Assembly: GCF_009914755.1 (NCBI RefSeq)
Contig: NC_060933.1
Reading direction: 5' to 3' (one strand)
Source of the DNA: the human T2T-CHM13v2.0 reference genome, Homo sapiens
DNA length: 64,000 bases
A program made the translations under genes and the position numbers. Below the pieces are notes generated by a model, which did no database searches, had not been told where the DNA came from, and saw nothing but the letters and a program-made list of their open reading frames with translations. Below are positions 44,181 through 56,100 of the stretch, piece after piece. Each line of letters opens with the position of its first letter. Within the stretch, counting starts at the first letter, position 1.

Positions 44181-47100
44181 TAATAGAGAAAATTAGAACT
44201 GCCGAGAGAGCTGTGCATGTCTTCAAGGCCTTTTTCCCTTTGTCTTGGCTATTAGCACAGGGCTTCTTTATATGCAAATTTCTGAAGTCTTCTTGAATTT
44301 TTCCCCTTAAATGGGGTTTTGTGTTATTGCTACATAGCCAACCTGCTATAGAGATACCTGAAAAAGTAGAAGCAGGCTCAGTAGTGGGTAGCAAACAAAG
44401 ATTGGGAGGGTTTGGAGGGATTAGAGCATGACAGAAAGATGAGGGAGAGGGAGGAAGTGATTTAATCATGGATGGGCAGGGGTGGGTGTGGATGGAAAAA
44501 GGGGTGGGTAGGGTGGGAATGAGTAGGCTGGCTGTAGGGTGGTGGGAGGGTCGTGGGTAGTAGGAAGGGGGAGTAGCGTGCTGCAGAGGCAGAGCCTCAT
44601 GTAAAACCATTACTAGGGCAGTGCACCTGTGGCTTTGCAGGTTTGAGCCCCCATGGATGCTCTCATGGACTGGACTAGTGTTCAGTGCCTGTAGCTTTTC
44701 CACACTGAGGGTGCAAGCTGTTGGTGGGTCTCTAAATCTGGGGTCTGTAGGGTGGTAGCCCTGTGTGGGGGCTCCAAGTCCGTATTTTCCTTCTGCACTG
44801 CCCTAGTAGAGGTTTCCCAAGAACTCTGCGTCTGCAGCAGGCTGCTGCCTGGAAACAGTGGGAGATGGGGGTGGGAGGCAGATCCTTCACCAATGGTTAA
44901 GCACCATCTTCTTGATGCTGACCTAGTAACAGTGAGTTCTTATGAGATCTGGTTATATAACAAGGTGTGGCACCTCTTTCCTCTCTCAGTCTTGCTTCTA
45001 TTCCAGCCATATGAAACATCTCCTTGCCCCTTGGCCTTCTGGTATGGTTGTGAGGCTCCCTGAGATGTCCCAGAAGCAGAAGCCACTCTGCCTCCTTTAC
45101 AGCCTGCTGAACCATGAGCCAATTAAACCTCTTTTCTTTATGATCATACAGAAAATTAGTGCTATGAAGTGGAGCTATGAAGTGCCTTCAAGGCCCTTTC
45201 CCCTTTTCTTGGCAACCAGCACTCAGCTTCTTTTCATGCAAATATCTGGAGCCTTCATGAATTTTCCCCCTGAAAGTGGACTTTTCTTCTTTTACCACAC
45301 GGCCAGGTTGTGATAAAGATAGCTGACAACGTAGAACCAGGTTCAGAAGTGGGTAAAAGACAGAGGTCAGGAGAGTTGGGAAAGCTTGGAAGACAGCAAG
45401 ATGAGGAAAATTTGACCACTGTAGAGAATTGTTAAATACTTGCGATCAGAAGGCTGACAGAAGGATAAACACTGAAGTTCAGACTTGAAAGGTCTCAGAT
45501 GAAGATTAGGAATTTCCTGTGAACAGGAGCCATGGTTACATTTGATTGGCCTTAGCAAAGAACGTGGCTGCACGGTGACCCTGCCCTGGACATCTATGAA
45601 ACTATGAATTTGGGGGTGATGATTTAGGATGTATCTGGTGGAATGAACATCTAGGCAGCATAGCGAGGTGTCCTGTCTGCATTGAATAGCCTGTGTTCTT
45701 ATGCGTGACCTAAGAAATGACTTCAAGTTGGAACTTCTATTGAAATGAGAAGTGGAGACCTAAAGTTTGGAAAATCTGCAGCCTGGCCAAGTGGTCAAAA
45801 AGAAAAGCTGATTTTCCGGGGGAAAATTCAAGGAGGCTTAGAGTATCTGCATAAAAAGAAGCCCAGTACAAATAGCCAAGACAATGGGAAAGAGGCCTCG
45901 AAGGCATTTCACAGTCCTCTGCAGCAGCCCTTGCTGTCACAGGCCCCCATACAGGGAGGCATCATTCTCCAAACCCCAGATTCATAGACCCACAAACAGC
46001 TTGCACCCTCAGTATGGAAAAGCTACAGGCACTTAACACCAGCCCTGTCCATGACGGCAGCTACTGGGGCTGAACACTGCAAAACCACAGGTGCAGATCT
46101 GCCCAAGGCCTAGGAAGACCAGCCCTCATACCCCTGTGCCATGGATGTGGGACAGGGATTCAAAAAGGATGATTCTGGAGCTGTAGGATTGAGTGACTGG
46201 CCTGCTGGGTTTTGGACATTTATGTATCCTATGAATCCCATCTGTGTTTTGTGCTTCTTTCCAGCAATTTTTTCTATTGGTTGAGAATGCTTACCCATTG
46301 CCTGTACAATCATTGTAGCTTGGAAGTAGTTAAGTTGCTTTATAATTCACAGACTCATGGCAGAAGGGACTGTAGACTTGTCTCAGATAAGACTTTGGGC
46401 TTTGGATATTTGAGTAAATGCTGTAATGAGTTAAGATTTGGGGGACTGTAGGGAAGGCATCATTGTGTTTTGCAATGTGAGAAAGACATGAGATTTGGGG
46501 GACCCGGGACAGAGTAATATGATTTGGCTCTGTACCTCTCCCAAAACTCATGTGGAATTTTAATGGGGAATGTTAAAGGTGGGGGCTGGTGGAAGGTGAT
46601 TTAATCATGGTGGAGAGTGGAGGTTGGATGGGAGGGATGGGGAGAGTTGGAGGGTATTGTGGGGGTGGGGAGAGTTGGGGGGGATTGTGTTTGGGTTTAT
46701 GGGTAAAAGGCAGGAGTGGGGGTGGATCCTTCACAAATGGGTAAACACCATCTCCTTAATGCTGCCCTTCTGAGAGTGAGTTCTATTCATGATTTTGGAG
46801 CTGTGAGATTGAATGAACAGTGTCCTGCTGGGTTTTGGATGTGCATTGGGCCTGTGGTCCCACTTGTGTTATTTTTCTTGGAAATTTCTTCCCTTTGGAT
46901 TGAGAAAACTTACCCAATACCTGTACCATCATTGTTCCTTGAAAGAAAGCAGTGTGCTTTTAATTTCAGGGACTCATAGGCAGAAGGGCCTTGTCTCAGA
47001 TGAGACTTTTAACTTTTCACACTTGAGTTAATGCGGGAATGAGTTAAGGCTTTTGGAAACTTTTGAACAGGCGTGATTGTATTTTACTGTGTGAGAAGGA

Positions 47101-50100
47101 CATGGGATTTGGGGGGGGTCAAAGTCAGCATAATATGATTTGGTTGTGTGCCTCTAGAAAAACTCACTTGGAATTGTAATCCCAAATGTTGGAGGTGGGG
47201 CCTGGTGGGAGATTATTTAATCATGGATGAGAGGTGTGGGGGTGGAAGAAGAAAGGGGCGGGTAGGGTGGGGAACAGGCCGGCTGTAGGGTTGTGGGAGG
47301 GTGGTGGGTAGTAGGAAGGGAGAGTAGCCTGCTGCAGAGGCAGAGGCTCATGGAAAACCTCTACCAGGGCAGTGCACCTGTGGCTTTGCAGGCTTTAGCC
47401 CCCATGGCTGCCTTTATGGGCTGGGCTGGTATTGAGTACCTATGGCTTTTCCATACTGAGGGTGTGAACTGTTGGTAGGTCTACGAATCTGGGGTCTAGA
47501 GGATGGCGGCCTCCTGCAGAGCGACTCAAAGCCCTTGTTTTCCTTCTGCACTGCCACAGAACAGGATTTCCAAGAGGCTCTGCCTCTGCAGCAGGCTTCT
47601 GTCTGGAAACAGTAGGGGGTGGAGGTGTGTTGGGGGGGTGGATCCTTCACCAATGGTTAAGCACCATCTTCTTGATGCTGACTTAGTGATAGTGAGTTCT
47701 CATGAGATCTGGTTGTATAACAGGCGGTGGCACCTCTTTCCTCTGTGAGTCTTGCTCCTACTCCTGCCGTATGAAACATTTCATTGCTGCTTTCCTTCTG
47801 GTATGATTGGGAGGCTTCCTGAGTCTTCCCAGAAGCAGAAGCCACCATGCTTTCTTTACAGCCTGAAGACCCATGAGCCAATGAATCCCCTTTTCATTAT
47901 GACCACACAGAAAATAAGTACTGCAAAGTGGAGCTATGAAATATCTTCAAGGACTTTTCCCCATTGTCTTGGCTGTTAGCACTGGGCTTCTTTTTAATGC
48001 AAATATCTGAAGCCTTCTTGAAGTTTCCCCTGGTGGAGAGTGGAGGTTGGATGTGTGGGAAGGGGACAGTTGGAGGGTATTGGGAGGGTGGGGAGAGTTA
48101 GGGGGGATTGTGTTTGGGGTTACAGGTGAAAGGCAGGAGTGCCAGGCTGCAACAAAGATAGCTGAAAATGTAAAGCGGTTCAGAAGTCGGTAACACCAGA
48201 AGTTGGAGAGTTTGGAGAGCTTGAAAAAAGACAGGAAGATGAGGGAAAGTTGGGACCATTGTAGAGACTTGTTAAATAGTTTTGATTAGAATGCTGACAG
48301 AAGGAAGGCCAGGGAAGGCCAGGATTACAAGGTCTCAGATGAAAATGAGGAACTTACTGGGAACAGGAGCCAGGGTTACTTTTGTTTTGCTGTAGCAAAG
48401 AACGTGGCTGCAGGGCGACCTTGCCCTTGAGATCTGTGAAACTTTGAACTTGAGGGTGATGATTTAGTGCATATCTGGTGGAATGAACTTCTAGGCACCA
48501 TAGCACAAGAGGGATCCTGTCTGCATCAAACAGTGTGTGCTGTTATGTGTGACCAAGGAAATGACCTCAAGTTGGAACTTATATTTAAATGATAAGCAGA
48601 GCTCAAAAGTTTGGAACATTTGCAGCCTGGCCAGGTGGTCAAAGAGAAAAGCTGATTTTCAGGGGGAAAATTCATGAAGTCTCCAGAAATTTGCATAAAA
48701 TGGAGGCCAGTGCTAATAGCCAAGACAATTGTGGGGAAAAGGCTTGGAGGCATTTCAGAGATGTTTGCAACAGCCCTTGCTGTCACGGGCCTTGGGACCT
48801 AGGAGAGAAGAATGGTTTCCTGGGCCAGCCCCATGTCCCTGCTGCTGTGTGTAGCCTCAGGACGCTGCTGCCTGCATCCCAGCAGCCCCAGCTCCTGCTC
48901 CGACCTTGGCTGAAAGATGTACAGGTACAGCTTGGGTCACTGCCTCAGAGGGTGCAAGCTATAGGCCTTGGTTACTTCTACATAGTGTTAAGCCAGTGGG
49001 TCCACGGAGCACTAGTCTAGAGACTTGGGAGCCTCCATATATATTTCAGAAGATGTATGAAAATGCCTGGTGTCCAGACAGAAGGCTGCCAAAAAAGCAG
49101 AGTCTCATGGGAAACCTCTACTTGGGCAGTGCAGAAGGAAAATATGAGGTTGGAGCCCCCACACTGGAGGCCACCATCGTGCAGACCCCAGATTCATAGA
49201 CCCATCAAAAGCTTCTTACCCTCCATGGGTTAAAAACTCCAGGCACTCAACACCAGCACAGCCCATGTGGGCAGCTGTGGGGCCTGAACACTGCAAAGCC
49301 ACAGGTGCAGAGCTGCCCAAGGCCTTGGGAGCCCACCCTCATGCCCTTGTGCCCTGGATGTGGGACAAGGATTTAAAAAGGATGACTTTGGAGCTGTAGG
49401 TTTGAATAAGTGGCCTGCTGAGTTTCAGAATTTCGTGGGACTTGTAAGTCCTGTTTGTGTTTTGTTCTTCTCTCTGGCAAAAATCTTCCTTTTGGGTGGA
49501 GATTCTTACTAAATGCCTGGACAATCGTACCTTGGAAGTGGTTAACCTGCTTTGTATTTCAGAGGCTCAGGGGCAGAAGAGACTGCAGCTTTGTCTCAGT
49601 TGAGACTTTGGGCTTCAGACATTTGAGTAAATGCTGGAATGAGTTAAGACCTTGGGGGTCTTATCCAAGACGATGGGGAAAAGTCACTGAAGGCATTTCA
49701 TAGCTTAACTTCACAGTACTAATTTTTTGTGTGTTCATAACAAAAAGGGGTTTAATTGGCTTATAGTTCTGCAGGCTGTAAAAAGAGCATAGTGGCTTGG
49801 GGAAATGGCAGGTAATGCATCATTTCATTTTGCAAAGTGAGAAGGACATGAAATCTGGGTAGGCAGGGACAGAATGATAAGATTTGGCTGTGTGTTACAG
49901 AAACTTATCTGGAATTTTAATTGGAAATCTTAAAAGTGGGGCCAAGTTGAAGGTGATTTAATCATGGATGGCAGTGGGTGTTGGAAGGTGGGGATTGGGG
50001 AGAATGGGTGGATTTTGGTGGAGGTGAGGGGTGAAAGGTAGGGTTGGAGGCAGGATCGCTCACAAATGGTTAAACACTGTCTCCTTAATGATTTCCTCAC

Positions 50101-53100
50101 CATGGTGAGTTCTCGTGATGGTTTTGGAGCTGTGAGATTGAATGGATACTGGCCTTCTGGGTTTTGGACTTGCGTTGGCCCTGTCATCTCATTTGTGTTA
50201 TTTTCCTGGCAAACCTCTACCCTTTGGATTGAGAAAACTTGCCCAATGCCTCTACCATCATCATACCTTGAAAGAAAAGAACTCCCTTTTAAATTCAGGG
50301 ACTCATAGGCAAAAGGGACTGTAGCCTTTTCTCAGGTGAGACGTTGAACTTTTTACATTTGAGTTAATGTTGAAATGACTTAAGACTTTCAGCAACTTTT
50401 GAAAAGGCATGATTGTATTTTACTCTGTGAGAAGGATATGATATTCAGGGGATCAGGGTCAGAATAATATGGTTTAGCTGTGTATCCCTACCTAAACTCA
50501 TGTGGAATTGTAATCCTGAATGTTGCAGGTGGGGCCTGGTGGGAGGTGATTTATTCATGGATGGGAGAGGGGTGGGGTTGGAAGTACAAAGAGGTGGGTT
50601 AGGTGGGGAGGAGTAGGTTGGCTGTAGGGTGGTGTGAGGGTGGCATGTTGTGGGAGGGGAGTAGCCTGCTGCAGAGGCAGAGGCTCATGGGAAACCTCTA
50701 CTAGGGCAGTGCACCTGTGGCTTTAGCCCCCATGGCTGCTCTCATGGGCTAGGCTGGTGTTTAGTGCGTGTAGCTTTTCCATACTGAGGGTGCGGGCTGT
50801 TGGTGCATCTATGAATCTGGGGTCTGGAGGATGGTGGCCTCCTGCATAGGGGCTCCAAACCCATATTTTCCTTCTGCGCTGCCCTAGTAGAGGTTTTCCA
50901 AGAGGCTCTGCCTCTGTCTCAGGCTTCTGCATGGAGACAGTGAGGGGTGGATATGGGGTGGGGGCAGATCCTTCACCAATAGTTAAGCACCATCTTTGTG
51001 ATGCTGATCTCCTCATAGTGAGCTCTCATGAGATCAAGTTGCATAACAGGATATGGCACCTCTTTCCTCTCGCTGTCGTGCTTCTGCTCCTGCTATATGA
51101 AACATTTCATTGCCGCTTGGCCTTCTGGTATGGTTGTGAGGCTTCCTGAGTCCTCCTAGAAGCAGAAACAACTATGCTTTCTTTACAGCCCGAAGAACTG
51201 TGAGTCAATTAAACCTCTTTTCTTTATGTATATACAGAAAATTAATGCTGCAAGGTGAAGATATGAAATGCCTTCTAGGCCTTTCCCGCAATCTCTTGGC
51301 TGTTAGCACTGGTTTTTTTAATGCAAATATTGGAGGCCTTCTTGATTTTTCCTTTGATAATGGACCCTTCTTCTTTTACCACATTGCCAGGCTGTGACAC
51401 AGATAGCTGACAATGTAGAAGCCAGTTCTGAATTGGGAAATGGCCAGAGGTTAGAGAGTCTGGAGGATGGTAACCTCTTGTGTGGGGCCACCAAGCCTTT
51501 TTTTTTGTTTTTTGTTTTTTTTCTGCTCTGTCCTAGTAGAGGTTTTCCTAGTGGCTCTGCCTCTGCCTCAGGCTTCTCCTTGGAAACAGTGGGGGTTGTG
51601 GGTGGTAGGGGGCAGATCTTTCACCAATGGCTCCACCAATGGTTAAGCATTCTTGATGCTGACCTTGTGTTAGAGAGTTCTCAGGAAATCTGGTTGTATA
51701 ACAGGGTGTGGCACCTTTTTCCTCTCTCTGTCTTGTTTCTACTTCTGCCATATAAAACATACTATTGGTGCTTGGTCTTCTGGAATGATTGGGAGGCTTC
51801 CTGAGTCCTCCCAGATGCAGTAGCCTCTATGATTTATTTAAAGCGTGCAGAACCATGAGCCAGTTCAACCTCTTTTCTTTCTGATTATACAGAAAATTAG
51901 TGCTGTGAAATGGAGCTATGAAATGCCTTCAAGGCCTTTTCCTTATTTTCTTGGCAATGAGCACTCAGCTTCTTTTCAGGCAAATATCTGAAGCCTGCCT
52001 GAATTTTTCTCCTGAAACAGACTTTGCTTCTTTTACCACATTGCCAGGCTGCAACAAACATAGCTGAAAATGTAGAAGCAGGTTGAGAAATGTGTAACGG
52101 CCAGAGGTTGGAGAGTTTGGAGGTGTTGGAAGAAGACAGGAAGATGTGGAAAAGTTTGGACCAGTGTAGAGACTTGTTAAATAGTTATAATTAAAAAGAT
52201 GACAGAATGATGGACAGTGATGGCCAGGCTTAGAAGGTCTCACATGAAAATGAGGAGCTTGCTGGGATGAGGAGCCAAGGTCACTTTTGTTTTCCCTTAG
52301 CAAAGAACGTTACTGCACGATGCTGTTAACCTGGAGATCTATGAAACTTTGAACTTGAGAGTGATGATTTAGAGTGTATCTGGTGGAATGAACTTTTAGG
52401 CAGCAAAGCTCAAGAGGTGTCTGGTCTGTGCCAAACACCCTGAGGTGTCTTATATGTGACCAAAGAAATGACCTCAAGGTGAAACTTATATTTAAATGAG
52501 ATGGAGAGCTTAAAAGTTTGGAAAATTTGCAGGCTGGCCAAGTGGTCAAAAAGAAAAGCTGATTTTCCGTGGGAAAGTTCAAGAAGATTTCAGAAATGTG
52601 CATAAAATGGAATTGAGTGCTAATAGCCAAGACAAGGATAAAAAGGCCTTGAAGGCACTTCAGAGACTTTTGCAGCAACCCTTGCTGTCACAGGCCCCCA
52701 GGCCTGGGAGAAAAGAATGATTTCCTTATCCAGTCCCATGGCCCTGCTGCTGTGTCCATCCTCAGGACACTGCTGGCTGCATACCTGAAGCTCCAGCTCC
52801 AACCATGGCTGACAGATACAAAGGTACATCTTGGGTCACTGCTTCAGAGGGTGCAAGCTGCAAGCCTTGGTGGCTTCCACATAGTGTTGAGCCAGCAGGT
52901 ACAAAAAGGCCAAGACTAGAGGCTCAGAATCCTTCATGTAGACTACAGAGGATTTACAGAAAAACCTGGGTGTCCAGGTCGAAACTATTCAAAGAGGCAG
53001 AGCCTCATGGGAATCCTTTACTAGGGCAGTATGGAAGGAACATACAGGGTTGGAACCACCACACAGGGAGCACCATTCTGAAACGTCAGATTCATAGACT

Positions 53101-56100
53101 CACTAACATCTTGCATCTTCATTGTGGAAAAGCTACAGCTGCTCAACACTAGCCCAGCCCATGAGGGCAGCTGCGGGGGCTGAACACTGCAAAGCCACAG
53201 GTACAGAGCTGCCCAAGGCCTTGGGAGCCCAGCCCTCACGCCCTTGTGCCCTGGATATGGGACAAGGACTTAAAAAGGATGATTTTGGAGCTGTAGGTTT
53301 GAGTAACTGGCCTGCTGGGTTTTGGAATGTCATGGGAACCTGTAAGTCCCGTTTGTGTTTTGTTCTTCTCTCTGGCAAACAATCTTCCTTTCGGGTGGAG
53401 GTTCTTACTCAATGCCTGGACAGTCATACCTTGGAGGTAATTAACTTGCTTTGTATTTCAGAGGCTCAGGGGCAGAAGGGATGGCAGTCTTGTCTCAGAA
53501 GAGACTTTGGGCTTTGGACATTTCAGTAAATGCTGGAATGAGCTAAGACATTGGGAAACTGTAGAGTAGGCATCATTGTATTTTGCAGTGTGAGAACAAC
53601 ATGAGATATGGGGGGTCAGGGTCAGAATAATACGATTTGGGTCTGCATCCCTACCAAACTCATTTGGAATTGTAATGGTGAATGTTAAACGTGGGGCCTG
53701 GTGGGAGGTGATTTATTCATGGAGAAGAGTTGGGGGTTGGAGGTAGGGGTGTGGGGAGAATAGGGGAGATTATTTTGTGGGTGGGGGTAAAAGGTAAGGG
53801 TAGGGGGGCAGATCCTTCACAAATGTTTAAACACTATCTCCTTAATGCCGCCTGCGTGATAGTGTGTTCTCTTGATGATATTTGCAGCTGTGAGATTGAG
53901 TGAATACTGTCCCGCTGAGTTTTGGACTTGTGTTGGGCCTGTGGGCCCGTTTGTGCTATTTTTATGGGAAATTTCTTCCCTTTGGACTGAGAAAGCTTAC
54001 CCAATGCCCGTACCATCATTGTACCTGGAAAGAAAAGAACTCCATTTTAAATTCAGGGACTCATAGGCAGAAGAGACTGTAGCCTTGTCTCAGGAGAGAC
54101 TTTGAATTTTTTTACATTTGGAATGCGTTAAGACTTTTGGAGATTTTTGAAAAGTCATGATTGCATTTTGCTCTGTGATAAGGACATGAGATTCTGGGAT
54201 ATCAGGGTCAGAATAATATGGTTTGGCTGTGTGTCCCTGTGAATCTCATGTGGAATCGTAATCCCTAATGTTGAAGCGGGTGACTTAATTATGGACGGGA
54301 GGTTGGTGGTGGTGGAAGGTAAAAGGGATGGGTAGGATTGGGAGGAGTGGGTCGGTAGTAGAGTGGTGGGAGGGTGGCTGGTAGTAGGAAGGAGGAGTAG
54401 CCTGCTGCAGAGTGAGGGACTCACGGAAAACCCTCTACTAGGGCAGTGCACCTGTGGTTTGCAGGGTTTAGCTCCTCAGCTGTTCTCATGCGCGGGACTG
54501 GTATTGAGGGCCTGTAGCTTTTCCTCACTGAGGGTGCCAGCTGTTGGTGGGTCTGTGAATCTGGGGTCTGGAGGGTGGTAGCCCCCTATGTGGGGGCTCC
54601 AAGTCCATATTTTCCTTCTGCACTGCCCTAGTAGAGGTTTCCCAAGAACTCTGCATCTGCAGCAGGCTGCTGCCTGGAAACAGTGGGAGGTGGGTGTGGG
54701 AGGCAGTCCCTTCACCAATGGTTAGGCAGCATGTGCTTGATGCTGTCTTCATGATAGTGCGTTCTCATGAGATCTGGTTATATAACAGGGTGTGGCACCG
54801 CTTTCCTCTCTCAGTCTTGCTTCTACTCCTGCCATTTGAAACGTCTCCTTGCCCCTTGGCATTCTGGTAGCTATGAAGTGCCTTCAAGGCCCTTTCCCCT
54901 TCGTCTTGGCAACAAGCACTCAGCTTCTTTTCATGCAAATATCTGGAGCCTTCATGAATTTTCCCCCTGAAAGTGGACTTTTCTTCTTTTACCACACTGC
55001 CAGGTTCTGATAAAGATAGCTGACAATGTAGAACCAGGTTCAGAAGTGGGTAAAAGACAGAGGTCAGGAGAGTTGGGAAAGCTTGGAAGACAGCAAGATG
55101 AGGAAAATTTGACCACTGCGGAGAACTGTTAAATTCTTGCAATCAGAAGGCTGACAGAAGGATAAACACTGAAGTCCAGACTTAAAGGGTCTCAGATGAA
55201 AATTAGGAATTTCCTGTGAACAAGAGCCATGGTTACATTTGATTGGCCTTAGCAGAGAACGTGGCTGCACGGGGACCCTGCCCTGGACATCTATGAAACT
55301 ATGAGTTTGGGGGTGATGATTTCGGATGTACCTGGTGGAATGAACATCTAGGCAGCCTAGTGAGGTGTCCTGTCTGCATTGAATAGCCTGTGTTCTTATG
55401 CGTGACCTAAGAAATGACTTCAAGTTGGAACTTCTATTGAAATGAGAAGTGGAGACCTAAAGTTTGGAAAATCTGCAGCCTGGCCAAGTGGTCAAAAAGA
55501 AAAGCTGATTTTCCGGGGGAAAATTGAAGAAGGCTTAGAGTATCTGCATAAAAAGAAGCCCAGTGCAAATAGCCAAGATAATGGGAAAGAGGCCTCGAAG
55601 GCATTTCATGGTCCTCTGCAGCAGCCCTTGCTGTCACAGGCCCTAGGGCCTGGCAGAGAAGAATGGTTTCCTGGGCAAGCTCCATGGCCCCATTGCTGTG
55701 TGCATCCTCAGGACACTGCTGGCTGCATCCCTGTAGTTCCAGCTCCAGCCATGGCTCAAAGATGCACAGGTACAGCTTGGGTTACTGCTTCAGAGGTGGC
55801 TCCAAGCCTTGATTGTTTCCATATAGTGTTAAGCCAGCAGGTGTACAGAGTAAGAGACTAGAGGCTTGGGAGCCTCTTTGTAGACTCCAGAAGATGCACA
55901 GAAAAGCCTGGATGTCTAGGAAAGAAGCTTTTCCAAGAGGCAGGGCCTCCTGGGAAACCTCTACTAGGGGAGCAAAGAAGGGACATATAGGGTTGAAGCC
56001 CCCACACAGGGAGGCATCATTCTCCAAACCCCAGATTCATAGACCCACAAGCAGCTTGCACCCTCAGTATGGAAAAGCTACAAGGCACACAACACCAGCC

